From assembly GCA_965153455.1 (NCBI GenBank), contig OZ234494.1, positions 8,866,001 to 8,930,000 on the forward strand: a stretch of DNA of 64,000 bases. Direction: 5' to 3'. Shown here in pieces: positions 40,530 through 52,500 of the stretch. Each line of letters begins with the position of its first letter. The stretch's first letter is position 1. Below the pieces are notes generated by a model, which saw nothing but the letters and a program-made list of their open reading frames with translations, was not told the DNA's origin and did no database searches. A program made the position numbers and the translations under genes. The DNA comes from Sphagnum compactum (taxonomy: Eukaryota).

Positions 40530-43500
40530 ATGAATGAAGAGGAAGAGGAGGCCCCTTTGGAGGACCCGCGCATCCGTCGAAATCATCTTGCTCGGGAGAG
40601 GCACGCTGCTCGATCTAAGGAGCAACGTGCGGTAGATGCCAACCGGCGAGCAACTCACAGAGCTACGCATAGTGATGCGCAAATTACTGCGGATGCCAGC
40701 CGGCGGGCAACTCATAGAGCTGTGCGTAGCGATGCGCAGATTGCAACGAATGCCAACTGGCGAGCAGCTTAGAGAGCTGCGCGCAGCAATGCCCAGATTA
40801 CGGCGGATGTTAATCGACGAGCAGTTCAGAGAACTGCACGCAACGATGCGCAGAATGCAACGAATGCCAGCTGGCGGGTAGTTCAGAGAACTGCGCGCAA
40901 CGATGCGCAAATTGCTTTGGAAAATGTTGTGTGTGTTAACGCCCGGACACTTTTGCATTCTGATAGGCAACAGGAAATGCATAACGCAGATCCTGATGCT
41001 CACCAGGGCCAGCGTGAGCAATTGCCGGAAGAGCGTCGCCAAGAAATTCGAAACGTTGACCGTCAAGCACGTAGTGCCCAGCGTGAACTCGATCGCGCAA
41101 ACCAAGGTGGGAATCAAATGATACCTTTGGCGCGCCGTGAATTTGACGGCATCCATTGTGGTCTTCGCCACACTTTAGGTGAAATGACCACCGTGTGTGG
41201 CAAGTGCGACGCCCTACACTTTTTGGAAGAGCGTGCCGCATCAAATTCGTGCGCCAATCCGTAATTTACACTGTGCTGCGCGTAAGGTAAAGTGACGCTG
41301 CCCCCATTGGCACCCCCACCAAAGCCACTCAGGCGGCTCCTTACAGGTAAAGAAACGGATGCGAAAGACTTTCGTCAGCACATCCGCTCTTACAACAGTG
41401 CGTTAGCCTTCACGTCTGTGGGGGCCAAGCTGGATACCAACGTTGCCCAACCTGGCAATTATACTTACCGTCTTCGCGGTGAGCTTTACCATAGGATGGG
41501 GAGTCTACTTCCTCAACCTAGCGAGGCGCGAAAATTCGCCCAACTATACATCAGCGATCCGCATGCCGAGCTTGATGGCCGGATGGGCAATTTTGGTGGC
41601 CTGAATAGGGACACCATGCAGTCGTTGCAAACGATGCTACATGCATGTAACCCCTATGCCATTATCTACCGAACGGCCGTGGAACGGCTCCAAGGCGGGG
41701 CTATTGAGCTAAGTCTTCGTTTGGTGAATGACCGCCGCACTGATTTACGGCGTTACAATGCGCCAACTGTTGACGAAGTTGGCGCATTGATGGTTGGGGG
41801 CGATGTGGATGAAGTAGACGCACGCGACATTGTTGTGCGTTCGACTAATGGCTATTTTCAGCACGTTTCTCCCCTGCACAGTGCATACGCGCCACTACAT
41901 TACGTCCTTCTCTTCCCAAATGGACGCAACGGATGGCATGACGGCATCCCATTGAATGGATTTCAATGGGATGGCTCTGTGTTCATCCAGGATGACGAGA
42001 ATACAGTAGGTGGTAAACGCGGTTCTGCGCGCGTCACCATGCTTCAATTTTATGCATACATGCTACAGCATCGCATCAACGAGGAATGGATTCTACGAGC
42101 CGAAAGGCTTTTGCAGCAATTCATTGTTGACGCATATGCATATACTGAACAAAATCGCTTGAAGTTTATTCGCGAGAACCAAAGACAATTGCGTTGCGAC
42201 CTGTATAATGGTCTTCAAGATGCATTGAATGCTGGCGACGTTCTCGGGAACGTCGTCGGGCAGAAGATGATTCTCCCGTCGTCATTCCAGGGTGGTGAGC
42301 GCGCCATGGGCCAATTGTACCAGGATGCCATGGCCAGGGTCTGCAAATTTGGTAAGCCAGACCTTTTTGTCACATTTACCTATAATCCTAAATGGAAAGA
42401 GATTACAAATGCGCTTTTCCTGGGGCAGACTGCCAAGGATCGCCCAGAGTTGATAACTCGCGTTTTCAATTTGAAACTTGACGCCCTTTTGAGGGACATC
42501 AAAGATGGTGTTCTTGGCAATGTGATTGCTAAAATTTGGGTCATCGAGTTTCAAAAGAGAGGTTTGCCCCACGCACACATTTTGCTCATTTTAGATGAAG
42601 CGTCAAAATTGCGCACTGCCGAGGACTTCGATTCGATGGTATCGGCCGAGATTCCGGATTTGATACGCCATCCTGAGGCGTATGAGACGGTCACTTCGTG
42701 CATGGTGCATGGGCCATGTGGTCCAGATTTTCTCAACGCACAATGCATGGAGCAGGGAAAGTGCAAGAAAAAGTACCCGCGTTCCTTTAGTGAAGAAACG
42801 CGCTGTGATGTTGACAAGTACCCCGAGTACCGACGTCGTCAAACCCGCATTTTTGTAGATCCAAAGACGCAGCGCGTGGTGGATAACCGATGGATTGTCC
42901 CGTATAATCTTCATCTGGCAACCAAGTACCACGCGCACATCAACGTGGAGATATGTTCGTCCATATCTGCCGTCAAGTACCTGTACAAGTATGTGTACAA
43001 GGGACCTGACCGTGCTACTGCCGTTGTCGAAAAGCAAGTGAATAGGCATGGCCAGGAGAACAATGCGCAGGTGGTTGTTGCTAATGGTGAGGGGCAAAAC
43101 CACGATGAAATTAAAGCATACCTTGAAGGACGTTATGTCTTTGCTTCCGAGGCATCGTGGCGTCTTTTCTCTTTTAGAATGCATGAAGGGACACCGTCTA
43201 TCACACGCCTTGCCGTGCACGAGCCTGCAATGCATAAGGTCGTGTACAATGATAATGCCAGTATTTTTGAAACTATTAATAGCGAGCTAAACCAGAAAAC
43301 AACGCTCACCGAATACTTCCAAGCCAATATTGATTACCCCTTGGCCAGAAAAGTCACGTACATGGATTTTCCCTCTGTGTTTACATGGACCAATGGGACG
43401 AAAAAATGGACCATCCGGCAAAGAGGGTGTTGTGTCGGGCGCCTTTATTTCGTCAGTCCTTCCGTTGGCGAACGCTATTTCTTACGTACATTGTTAACGA

Positions 43501-45363
43501 AGGTCAAAGGTGCTGTTTCTTTTGAAGTTCTTCGCACAATTAACGGTGTTATCCATGACACATTCAAATCAGCGTGCATTGCGCCTGGTTTGTATGACTC
43601 GGATGACGAGTGGAATGCCTGCTTAGAAGAAGCAGTTGGCATGCAAACAGGTGCGCAATTGCGGTCTCTGTTTATGACCATCTTTGCCTTTGGCGTTCCA
43701 GGTGAGCCGCGCATGCTCTGGGACAAGTATAAGGAGCACATTTGCGATGATTGCAAGGTAGCATTGCAACGTCGCGGTATAGTGGAACCGTCCATTGAGC
43801 AAATTGAGAGTTGAGCACTACATTCCTTACAGGATGCGCTTGCCAAATTTAACAAAACTCTCGAGGAATTTGGCCTTCCTGCCCCCTCTGTTGCTTTTGA
43901 TCGATTAGAGACTAATCGCCTGCTTGAGGTGGAGCGCGACTACAATGTCGAGGTCTTGCAAGCCGAGGTGGCTATGGCCATTGAGAGCCTCAATGATGGG
44001 CAACGTGCACCCTATGCTGCCCATCACGCTAAAGTCATCTTTATCGATGGCCCCGGTGGAATGGGTAAAACCTACACCGAAAACTTGATTTTGAATGTTG
44101 TGCGTTCGCGTGGCGATATTGCACTTGCTGTCACCTCTTCAGGCATTGCTGCACTTTTGCTCTCAGGAGGGCGAACGGCCCATTCATACCTGAAGATCTC
44201 GATTGCACTCGACTGTACGTCCTTTTGCTGTATGCGTAAGCAAGATGATTTAGCGGCGCTAATCCGTCAAATGAAACTCATCCTTTGGGATGAAGCTCCT
44301 ATGACTAATAAGTTCGCTTTTGAAGCGGTGGATTGAACTTTGCGTGACCTTACAGATAGGAATGAGCCCTTTGGCGGCATTGTTTTCGTCATGTCAGGGG
44401 ACTTTCGCCAGGTCTTTCCGGTCATCCCCCGGGGATCCCATGCAGACATTGTCTCTGCATCAATTAAGAACTCCTACCTACGAGAATCTGTTGAGGTATT
44501 CCGTCTTTTGAAAAACATGCGAGCCGGTGATGCCATTGCTATTCACCCCGATCTTGGGAATCGCACTTTTGCAGACTGGCTTCTTTGTCTTGGCAACAAC
44601 GAGCTAGAAACCATCGATGAGGACTACATCAAATGTCCAGACATGATGAAACTCCCTCCTACGGACACACGAGCCATGGCTGTGGCCATCTACCCTCAAC
44701 TACACGAGGGCCAAGTCACACAAGTATTTGCGTGAGTGCGCGATTTTGGCTCCTCGCAACAAGGAGGTTTCACTAATAAACGTGATGGTTTTAAGCTACC
44801 TTCCAGGCGCGCAAGTTGACTTCCTCAGTGCGGATTTTGCAGAGGACATGGAAGTGGCGAACACATACCCTTCCGAGTTCCTCAACACTTTGGAAGTCAG
44901 TGGCATGCTTTCACACAAGTTGTCGTTCAAGATTGGCACACCAGTGATGCTGTTGCGCAATCTCGACCCATCGGCTGGGCTATGCAATGGGACGCGCCTG
45001 ATTATTCGACGCTTCACGATGCGGGTTGTTGAGGCTGAGATCATCACAAGCAAAGGGGCTGGTAATGTGGCCTTTATCCCGCGCATTAAGTTCATTTCCG
45101 ATAACAGCGGTTTGCCATTTACATTTGCAAGGAAGCAATTTCCTTTGCGGCTAGCCTATGCGATGACTATTAACAAGTCTCAAGGGCAGACCCTCTCTCA
45201 TGTTGGCCTTCATCTCGCAGATGACGTTTTTTCGCATGGCCAACTTTATGTTGCCTTTTCACGCGCCAAAGCACCAGCGAACATCAAAGTTCAACTGCTA
45301 GACACTATGCATGGCCGGATTGGCCTTATGCGCAATGTTGTGTACGAAGAAGCCCTCCTTTGA
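40530..45363 (+). pseudogene. Helitron Rep/PIF1 helicase (RepHel), intronless and disabled
   Basis: Zn motif CGKCDALHF...LCC, HUH motif IEFQKRGLPHAH, Y2 motif KYLYKYVYKG, and PIF1 motifs DGPGGMGKT, WDEAPM, GDFRQV, QFPLRLAYAMTINKSQGQTL and FSHGQLYVAFSR. In-frame stops at 40770, 41262, 41283, 43812 and 44334, and a frameshift near 44720. Confidence 0.95.
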
Positions 45364-45450
45364 GGCTGCATGCATCTCTTAAATGGCTCCGCGAGAAGCT
45401 ACATTCACGATGTGCAGCTGTTTGAAATAGAATGCTTTTTCGAAATAAAT

Positions 45451-46441
45451 ACGGTTTAAAAACACCAAGGGACTTCAAAGTGTCCGAAGGTCACGGGTAC
45501 CCACTAGAATTTTTTTGAAAAAGAAAATAGAAACAAAATAAATAAATAAAAATAGAAAAAAATGAAGATAGACAAAATAAGAATAGAAAAAATAAAAACA
45601 TGAAACAAACATAAACAAAAAAAAAAAGTAAAAACGCAAAAACTATAAAAAAAGGAATAGAAACAAATGAAACAAGGAAAGCGAAATACAATAAAATAAT
45701 TTTAAAAGAAAAAAAAATTTAAATGAAGAAACCAAATAAAGAGTAAAAAATAAGAAAAAATAAAATTTATAATAATGAAGAAAAACCCTACTTGAAAAAG
45801 AATGAGGTGTGTCTTCTTTCTCCAAACTTCAAACTTGCATCCAAATAAACAAAAATAGAAAAGTGAAAAAGAAACACTTTATTTTTATTATACAAAATAA
45901 TAATAAAAACAGAAAACACATAAAATAAAAATAAAAAAGATAAAAGTTTCTAGAAAAAACTAAAACATGAACCAAGTTTGAAGAAACCGGGGGACTTCAC
46001 AGTGCCCGAAGGTCACGGGTACCCACTAGGTAATGTTTTAGGTGTCTGTCTATCTGACCATCCTCCTTGGGGGTAAGGGGGTTAGGGTTAGCACGCCCTT
46101 CATTAACGCGTTTCAAAAGAAGAAAGCTTGGAATCTGCCCAAATCCTCCACAAATCTTGGCAATTTCAAAACCTGTTTTTTTCTCCTCAAAATGTGCCGA
46201 TTTCAAAAATCTTTTTTTTCACCCTCCTGGAAATGTGGCGATTTAGTTTTTTTTTTGGAAATTTTCCAAAACGCTCGCTTCACCATGTATGTTTTCATGG
46301 GGGACTTTTCAACGAATTTTCACCACAAAAAATAAATAAAATTAAAATAAAATTAGCTGCTTTACACCTTTGTGTGTGTCTCTCTCGGTTTAAAGAAACC
46401 AAGGGACTTCACAGTGTCCGAAGGTCACGGGTACCCACTAG
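45451..46441 (+). terminator. Three stacked Helitron 3' termini (hairpin plus CTAG) ending at 45507, 46029 and 46441
   Basis: A ~55-bp motif ...GGGACTTC(A/C)AGTG(T/C)CCGAAGGTCACGGGTACCCACTAG occurs three times. Confidence 0.9.
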
Positions 46442-46590
46442 CAGTGGTGTCGATTGTGTATGTGTCAGTGTTTCATGGTTATCTGGGTTGGTTTTTGCGA
46501 AGATATCCAATATGTTAAACATCAATGGGTTAACTTGTAAGGGTATGTCATTACCTCATATAGCTAGTTCTAACTTCCATCTGGGTCATA
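46442..46590. repeat. 149-bp direct repeat, right copy, flanking the Helitron
   Basis: Identical by eye to 36024-36172; continues into the T of the original AT target at 46591. Confidence 0.95.
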
Positions 46591-46949
46591 TTGGGGTATA
46601 AAGAGGATTGATAAAGTTGGTGGTCTGGGTGCTCACAATTATATACCCTGTTTGTGTGAGTAAAGAATGGGTAATGGCTTTAACATTATTCAGCTAATTA
46701 TACTTTTCAATGAAAGTATTTCAGTTTTAGGAAAATCCCCGAATGTTTTTCTAAGCTTGGCCATAAAACTGTCGGGTTTGTACCAGTTCTATCATAGAAA
46801 AAAAACCCAGGTTCTTTATGGCTTTTTAAATAAATGCAACCTGTGGTTCTTTGATTTTGAACTTTTCCCAAAAGAACTAGAGGCGGTGGTTCTGGGAAGG
46901 ACTGGAAACATTGACTTGGAATATATTAAAAACTGGAACTGGTGGTTCT

Positions 46950-47057
46950 TTTAAAAATTCAAATAACCATGCCACACACACAAAAACACGGGGCTTTAAA
47001 AATTCAAATAACCATGCCACACACATAAAAACACGGGTCTTTAAAAATTCAAATAAA
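46950..47057. repeat. 45-bp tandem repeat, about 2.4 copies
   Basis: TTTAAAAATTCAAATAACCATGCCACACACA...CACGGG is repeated. Confidence 0.85.
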
Positions 47058-48209
47058 AGCATCACACTGATGGGTACATGGTTGTTTTAAAATTCAAAGG
47101 GTTAGTGCAGCACACTGAAAGATACATATCCCTCTTGCTTGTATTTCAAGCAAAAGAATGAGCACTCATGTGACAAATTTGTGCACATTGCATTAATGTT
47201 ACACTTATCCCAACTTCCCACAACTTTCACAGGTTGGTCCCATGGACAATATAACCAAATGCATCTTCCCATTGGAGTGTTGATTATTTTCCAATCCTCA
47301 CCAATAAACATGAATACTTGAACAATAAAAACACGAGAATTTATTTAAATGTTATCAATCATAATCTAGACCAATTTTAAAAAAACAATCAATTTTTTCT
47401 CATAAGTTATGATCCATTTTGGAGATTGTTTTCTCTTGTGCACAATTTATAGATCTTAAAAAGCATCTTCACTTTGAAGGAATAAACACCATTTCATATT
47501 AAATTTCAGGTGAAATGTGTAGTATGTATAATAAGGGAAGGCACTACTATTAGTGCCTTTTTCCTGCATAATGGCTAAGGGCTCAGATGCATTTACACAA
47601 ACTTTTCCTGCATAATAACGACAACCCATACTCACTTATGAGAAAATTTCCTATTTCCTTACAGGAAACCTTTTACTCCAGGCTGATGAGGAAATTGTTG
47701 TCTTGTAAGACGCCTTGAAAATACACTACACACATCTGCCAAGGTCACTATGATGATGCAAAAACTTCTGATGTACACTAAATATGATTAGCAATTTGTG
47801 ACTTTTAGAAACATCTTTAAACAGAATTGTTTCATATTGAATTGGTGATTGATAACAAATTGTTGGTACTGGTGTACAGATTTAAATTGGTTTCTCGCTC
47901 TATGAAGTGCAGGAAAACTCCACGATATTCTGTTTTTAAACATGGAACTCATGTATTAACACTAAATTGTTGAACTTGCCATTGGTGCTATGATCATCGT
48001 CTATGGTTGGGCAAGTGCTTAAACCATGTTGCACAATTAGATAATATGCCTTGTTCAGACCCGGGCTAGTGGCAACATGCAACTTGGCTGGGTCTTCCCA
48101 ATGGCCATTACATGTTACACTTTTTGTTTTCACTCCAAAAGAGATTTCACACCTACTGGTCTAAATAGTGTCTGCTACATACAATCGACTTGCCCCAATA
48201 ATAATGTGT

Positions 48210-48517
48210 TTAAAGGTGATGGATGAATTATCGTTGGACTCCTGATAATGGGTTAAAAGGTGATGGATGAATTATTGTTGGACTCCTGATAATGGGTTAA
48301 AGTTGATGGATGAATTATCGTTGGACTCCTGATAATGGGTTAAAGTTTATGGATGGATGAATTATTGTTGGACTCCTGATAATGGGTTAAAAGTTGATGG
48401 ATGAATTATTGTTGGACTCGTGATAATGGGTTAAAAGTTGATGGATGAATTATCATTGGACTCCTGATAATGGGTTAAAGTTGATGGATGAAAAATTATC
48501 GTTGGATTCCTAAATAA
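48210..48517. repeat. ~44-bp minisatellite, about 7 copies
   Basis: Contiguous units GGGTTAAAAGTTGATGGATGAATTATYGTTGGACTCCTGATAAT with no spacers. Confidence 0.95.
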
Positions 48518-48613
48518 CATACCCTTACACTTACCCTTATTCATAAATTGTGATTAAATTAGAACCAGGCTTCCACAAAAACTCAATATGTAACCCAAGC
48601 ACTGAATGATTGG

Positions 48614-49530
48614 TTGCAGAATTGAAATGTCAATTTTCAGATTCAAATAATAATATTCAAATTTGAAATGTCCATTTTAAGACTCAATTAACAATTTTCT
48701 GAATTGAAAGATTAATTTCGAAAATCCAAAATAATTGGAATTCAAATTTCAACTTTCAAGTCAAATAATTTCTCAAAATTGAAATTTTAAACTCCAGAAT
48801 TCAAATTTCAAATTTCAAGTCGAAATAAAAATACCTTAAATCAAAATGTCAATTTTTAGATTCAATAATTTTTTTTGAATTGAAATACTAATTTTTAGAT
48901 TCAAAAATAATAATTTAAAATTCAAATATCAATTTTTAAATCAAATAAGTTTTTTGAATTTAAATAACAATTTGCAGAATTGAACTATCAATTTTCATAT
49001 TCAAATAACAATATTCAAAATTGAAATGTCTAGTTTTACACTCAATTAATATTTTTTCAGACTTGAAGTATTAATTTTGAGAATCCAAAATAATAATTTG
49101 GAATTGAAATTTCAGGTTCAACTCAAATAATTATTTAAAATTTAAATTCATAATTTTTAGAGTCCAAATATAAAATTTCATATTCATATAAAAATATTCA
49201 AAATTAAATGTCCATTTTTTATATCAACTAATAATTTTCTGAATTGAAATACTAATTTTTGGATTCAAAAATATCAATTTAGAATTCAAATATCAATTTT
49301 TAGATCAAATTAGCCTTTTTGAACTTAAATTGAAAATATCATATTCAAATCAAAAATTTGAAATTGAAATAATGTTTTAAACAATTGAAATAATAATTTT
49401 CAGATTCAAATATCAAGTTTCAAATTCTAATATATATATTTTTTAAAATTAAAATAATATTTTTCAGTATTGAAATATCAATTTTCAGATGAATAAAAAT
49501 TCAAAGTTCAAATTTAATTTTGAGATTCAT
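48614..49530. repeat. AT-rich ~360-bp repeat array, right part (about 2.5 units)
   Basis: CAGAATTGAA..TCAATTTTCA recurs at ~48617 and ~48975; same family as 33258-33662. Confidence 0.85.
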
Positions 49531-52500
49531 TATATGAACAATATACATACGTATGCATATTATATATATATAATTTTAGTACATACATTAAAATACACCC
49601 CTATGTCATTGTAGAATACCTTTAGGATGCAATTATTTTGGTGACTATTGCGACTAATGGGACATATCAACCTATTAATGGATGAAAATAAATGTAAAAT
49701 TGATCTAACCAATAGGATGAAATTTTTAATAGTTGCATCATAGTTGTGAGAATGACCAAAATAGTTGAAATATGGTCCTGTAGTTGCAAATGTTCCCAAA
49801 TATAATCACAAACGACTACGAGTCACATGTAGTCGTAAATGGAGTGGTTACATTTTGGCTGATTTTTACTAGTGTTTACAACTAGCCTTGCAATTCAATT
49901 TTTGAGTTATAGAAGACACTTGCAACTCACTATATCTATACATCGTGGGTGCTAACGAACAAGTTGCATGAATTGTAGAGTTACAACTCAAGATATATAT
50001 GGTGCAACTCAATTGCAACTCAATCAAAACAAATTCTTTTTAACTATTATGCAACTCCATTATAACTACACCCATGATGTCATATTAATGTTAGTAATTG
50101 TCATCCATAGATTAAAATTTGACGCATGACATTATGAAGATTTTTGGACATAACTATTTTTTTTGAAATATTGATCTACATCGTCCATTATGATTATTAA
50201 TGATGGTCCGAAATTGTGACACATGGCATAATTTTTTTTTGCCAAATGGCATATTAATTATATTTTGGGAAAAAAATTAATTATTTTAGTAACTAGGTAG
50301 GTTGACATAACCATAGGTAGGTAGGTCTTAAAACCTACATACCTATGTAATTACCTAGGACCTCATGACCTACCTACTACATAGGTAGGTAGAAAAGTAG
50401 GACCTACTTACTTATCTAGATAAGTAAGTAGGTAGGAAAGCACAAGACTAAGTGCATTAAATAATAGCCATGAAATTTTATTTTTTATTTTATGTTTTGC
50501 CTTTGGGTTAAGCTTTTTTAAGCTCATCCCAAAATGGCACATGTATTTTAATGTGAGAACATAAGGAACCAAGCCTTATTTATATTGTTTATAACATGGG
50601 ATCTAAAGACAAAACATATGGATTAAAAATTTTAGTTGTTCGTTAGTTGCAGTTAAGTTGTAACTACAACATTTAAGTGTTCAAGGTAGGTTAAATCCAA
50701 GGGGAGGGCTCCATTATTTTTTGTGTCGAAACAAAACTTGAACCCCTCCTATTGACACATCTAGTGCACTAAGAATCGTAAAAAATGGAATAGAATTGAA
50801 AAAGTTATAGCTCTTCAAAGTAAAGAGGGTCAAGAATTCAAAAAAACAAACCACCAAATGTTACAAACGTTAGTTCCCAGGCACCCACAAAATTCCTTGC
50901 ATGTTGTTTTGTTGCTACAAGAGTTCAAAGATGATTTGTAGAACTTTAGGTGGCATTCCTATAATATTTTAAATCATTTATAATAATAATTATTATTATT
51001 ATGAGGTTTGAAACTAGGAGGGGTCCAAAGAGGAAAAAAAGGGAAAAACAACGTGTTTTGTAAATTGGAAAGCTTATTTATCTTGTTATTTTTTCATTAT
51101 TCATTTTCCTTTGCACTCCAAATATGATGTCTAAAACTTGAAGTAGCGCTCCCATAACGTTTTAAATCACTCAAAATGAAACACATATGATGAAAATATA
51201 AATAACTGATGTAAATATGTATCATTATTAAGTTATAAATAGTTGTATTATAGTCATAACATAGTTGAACAATAGTATTTTAGTAGTGACGCACTAGTGG
51301 CCGTACTAATTGTATCAATGGGAATCATAATCGAGATTAATTGCAAATGTATCCCATAATGGGTGGTGGAAATGTGAACACATGGCATGATCACATGTAT
51401 GTACATTGTACATTAGTTGCAACATAGTTGTTGCTTTAGTGACACATTTAGAATAGTTCTAAAATAATTGTCACATGCAAGTATAATTCAACTCTTGAAA
51501 AAAATCAAACATGGTTGACTACATATGTATGTACGATATGTATAAATTATAGTATAAAAGACCCATTTTAAACTTAGTTGCAACTTTAATACAATTAATT
51601 GATTTTTGACATGACAATTTATTATTAATACATTATATTTCTAAGGGGATAGTTCATAACAATTGTATATGAGTTGCAGGGTAATGTGGTTTTGGCGAAC
51701 ATGATTTTTCATAGTGATTATACAATACAACATTATAGATTTAATAGCCGTTTAGCCTCAATTCGATTATATAATGCTTAAATTAGTAGACACTTTGTGA
51801 TTTTGTATTCTATAAATGATAAATGAGGACTGATTTTAAATAAGGTATACATATTATATATAAATTCTTTAACTAAATAATATTTTATTGTGGATTTCAC
51901 TTGATAAAAATTTAAAGATATTATTCATCCATGAAAATACAATTTCTTTGATCCAATATTTTTTTCAAATAAGATCATTGATATATAATATATAATTATA
52001 TATATATATAATATATTATATTAATAAAAATAATCTTGAATAAAATGAATATAATATAACATTTATTTATAATTTATCTTCAAATTAATTAATATTTTAT
52101 AATTACATTATCAAACTCATATTATAATATAAATTAACGTGTATGTATTTAATATACCATATTTAAATGTATTGTATTTCCTACATACACTATGTAACAT
52201 TGAATGGTTTTGAAAATAACATTATTATATGTTGATACATCATATTTTATGAACTATTCATATTAAATTTCATAATTAAAATGTACTATGTAATACAAAA
52301 AAAGTCATATATTTTAAATTTTCTTTCATTTGGACAAAGTAAGAGAAAGATAATGATGGTTAAAGAAAGAAAATGTCTTCAAAACATTGTTGTTGAAATG
52401 TATTGAAATGCAAGATTTACATGCAATTTTCTCCAATTCAAGTATTTTTTAATAATTTTAAATTTTTTTTGTAGATTTTGGAAAACCTTCCAAAATGAAG

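Larger units (their letters stand above)
36173..46441 (+). mobile_element. Helitron (rolling-circle transposon), 10.3 kb, with captured gene fragments
   Basis: 5' end A|TCTACTTATATAATA followed by CATCCGTC microrepeats (36222-36283). RepHel coding region present. 3' hairpin GTG(C/T)CCG-AAGGTCA-CGGGTAC followed by CCACTAG. Confidence 0.9.
31442..49874. mobile_element. 18.4-kb CACTA-bounded unit with no transposase of its own and large internal cargo
   Basis: Starts CACTAGAAGAAAAAC and ends GATTTTTACTAGTG, with TTT on both sides (3-bp TSD). Joining the flanks rebuilds another CACTA left end starting at 31417. Confidence 0.65.

Noticed and set aside
40488-45095. Antisense and alternative-frame ORFs over RepHel, and similar ones over the FCP1-like, CCDC124 and Copia genes
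   Set aside because: These are shadow ORFs of GC-richer coding sequence with no recognisable motifs.
47936-48156. Possible minus-strand exon (CEISFGVKTKSVTCNGHWEDP...)
   Set aside because: No recognisable family and no supporting neighbouring exons.
48210-48517. CRISPR-like array
   Set aside because: The units are contiguous with no unique spacers, there are no cas genes, and the context is eukaryotic. It is a minisatellite.
33237-49874. Pairing the CACTA at 33237 with the end at 49874
   Set aside because: The flanks are TTA/TTT. The 31442 end gives a perfect TSD, shares subterminal motifs and rebuilds the outer element.
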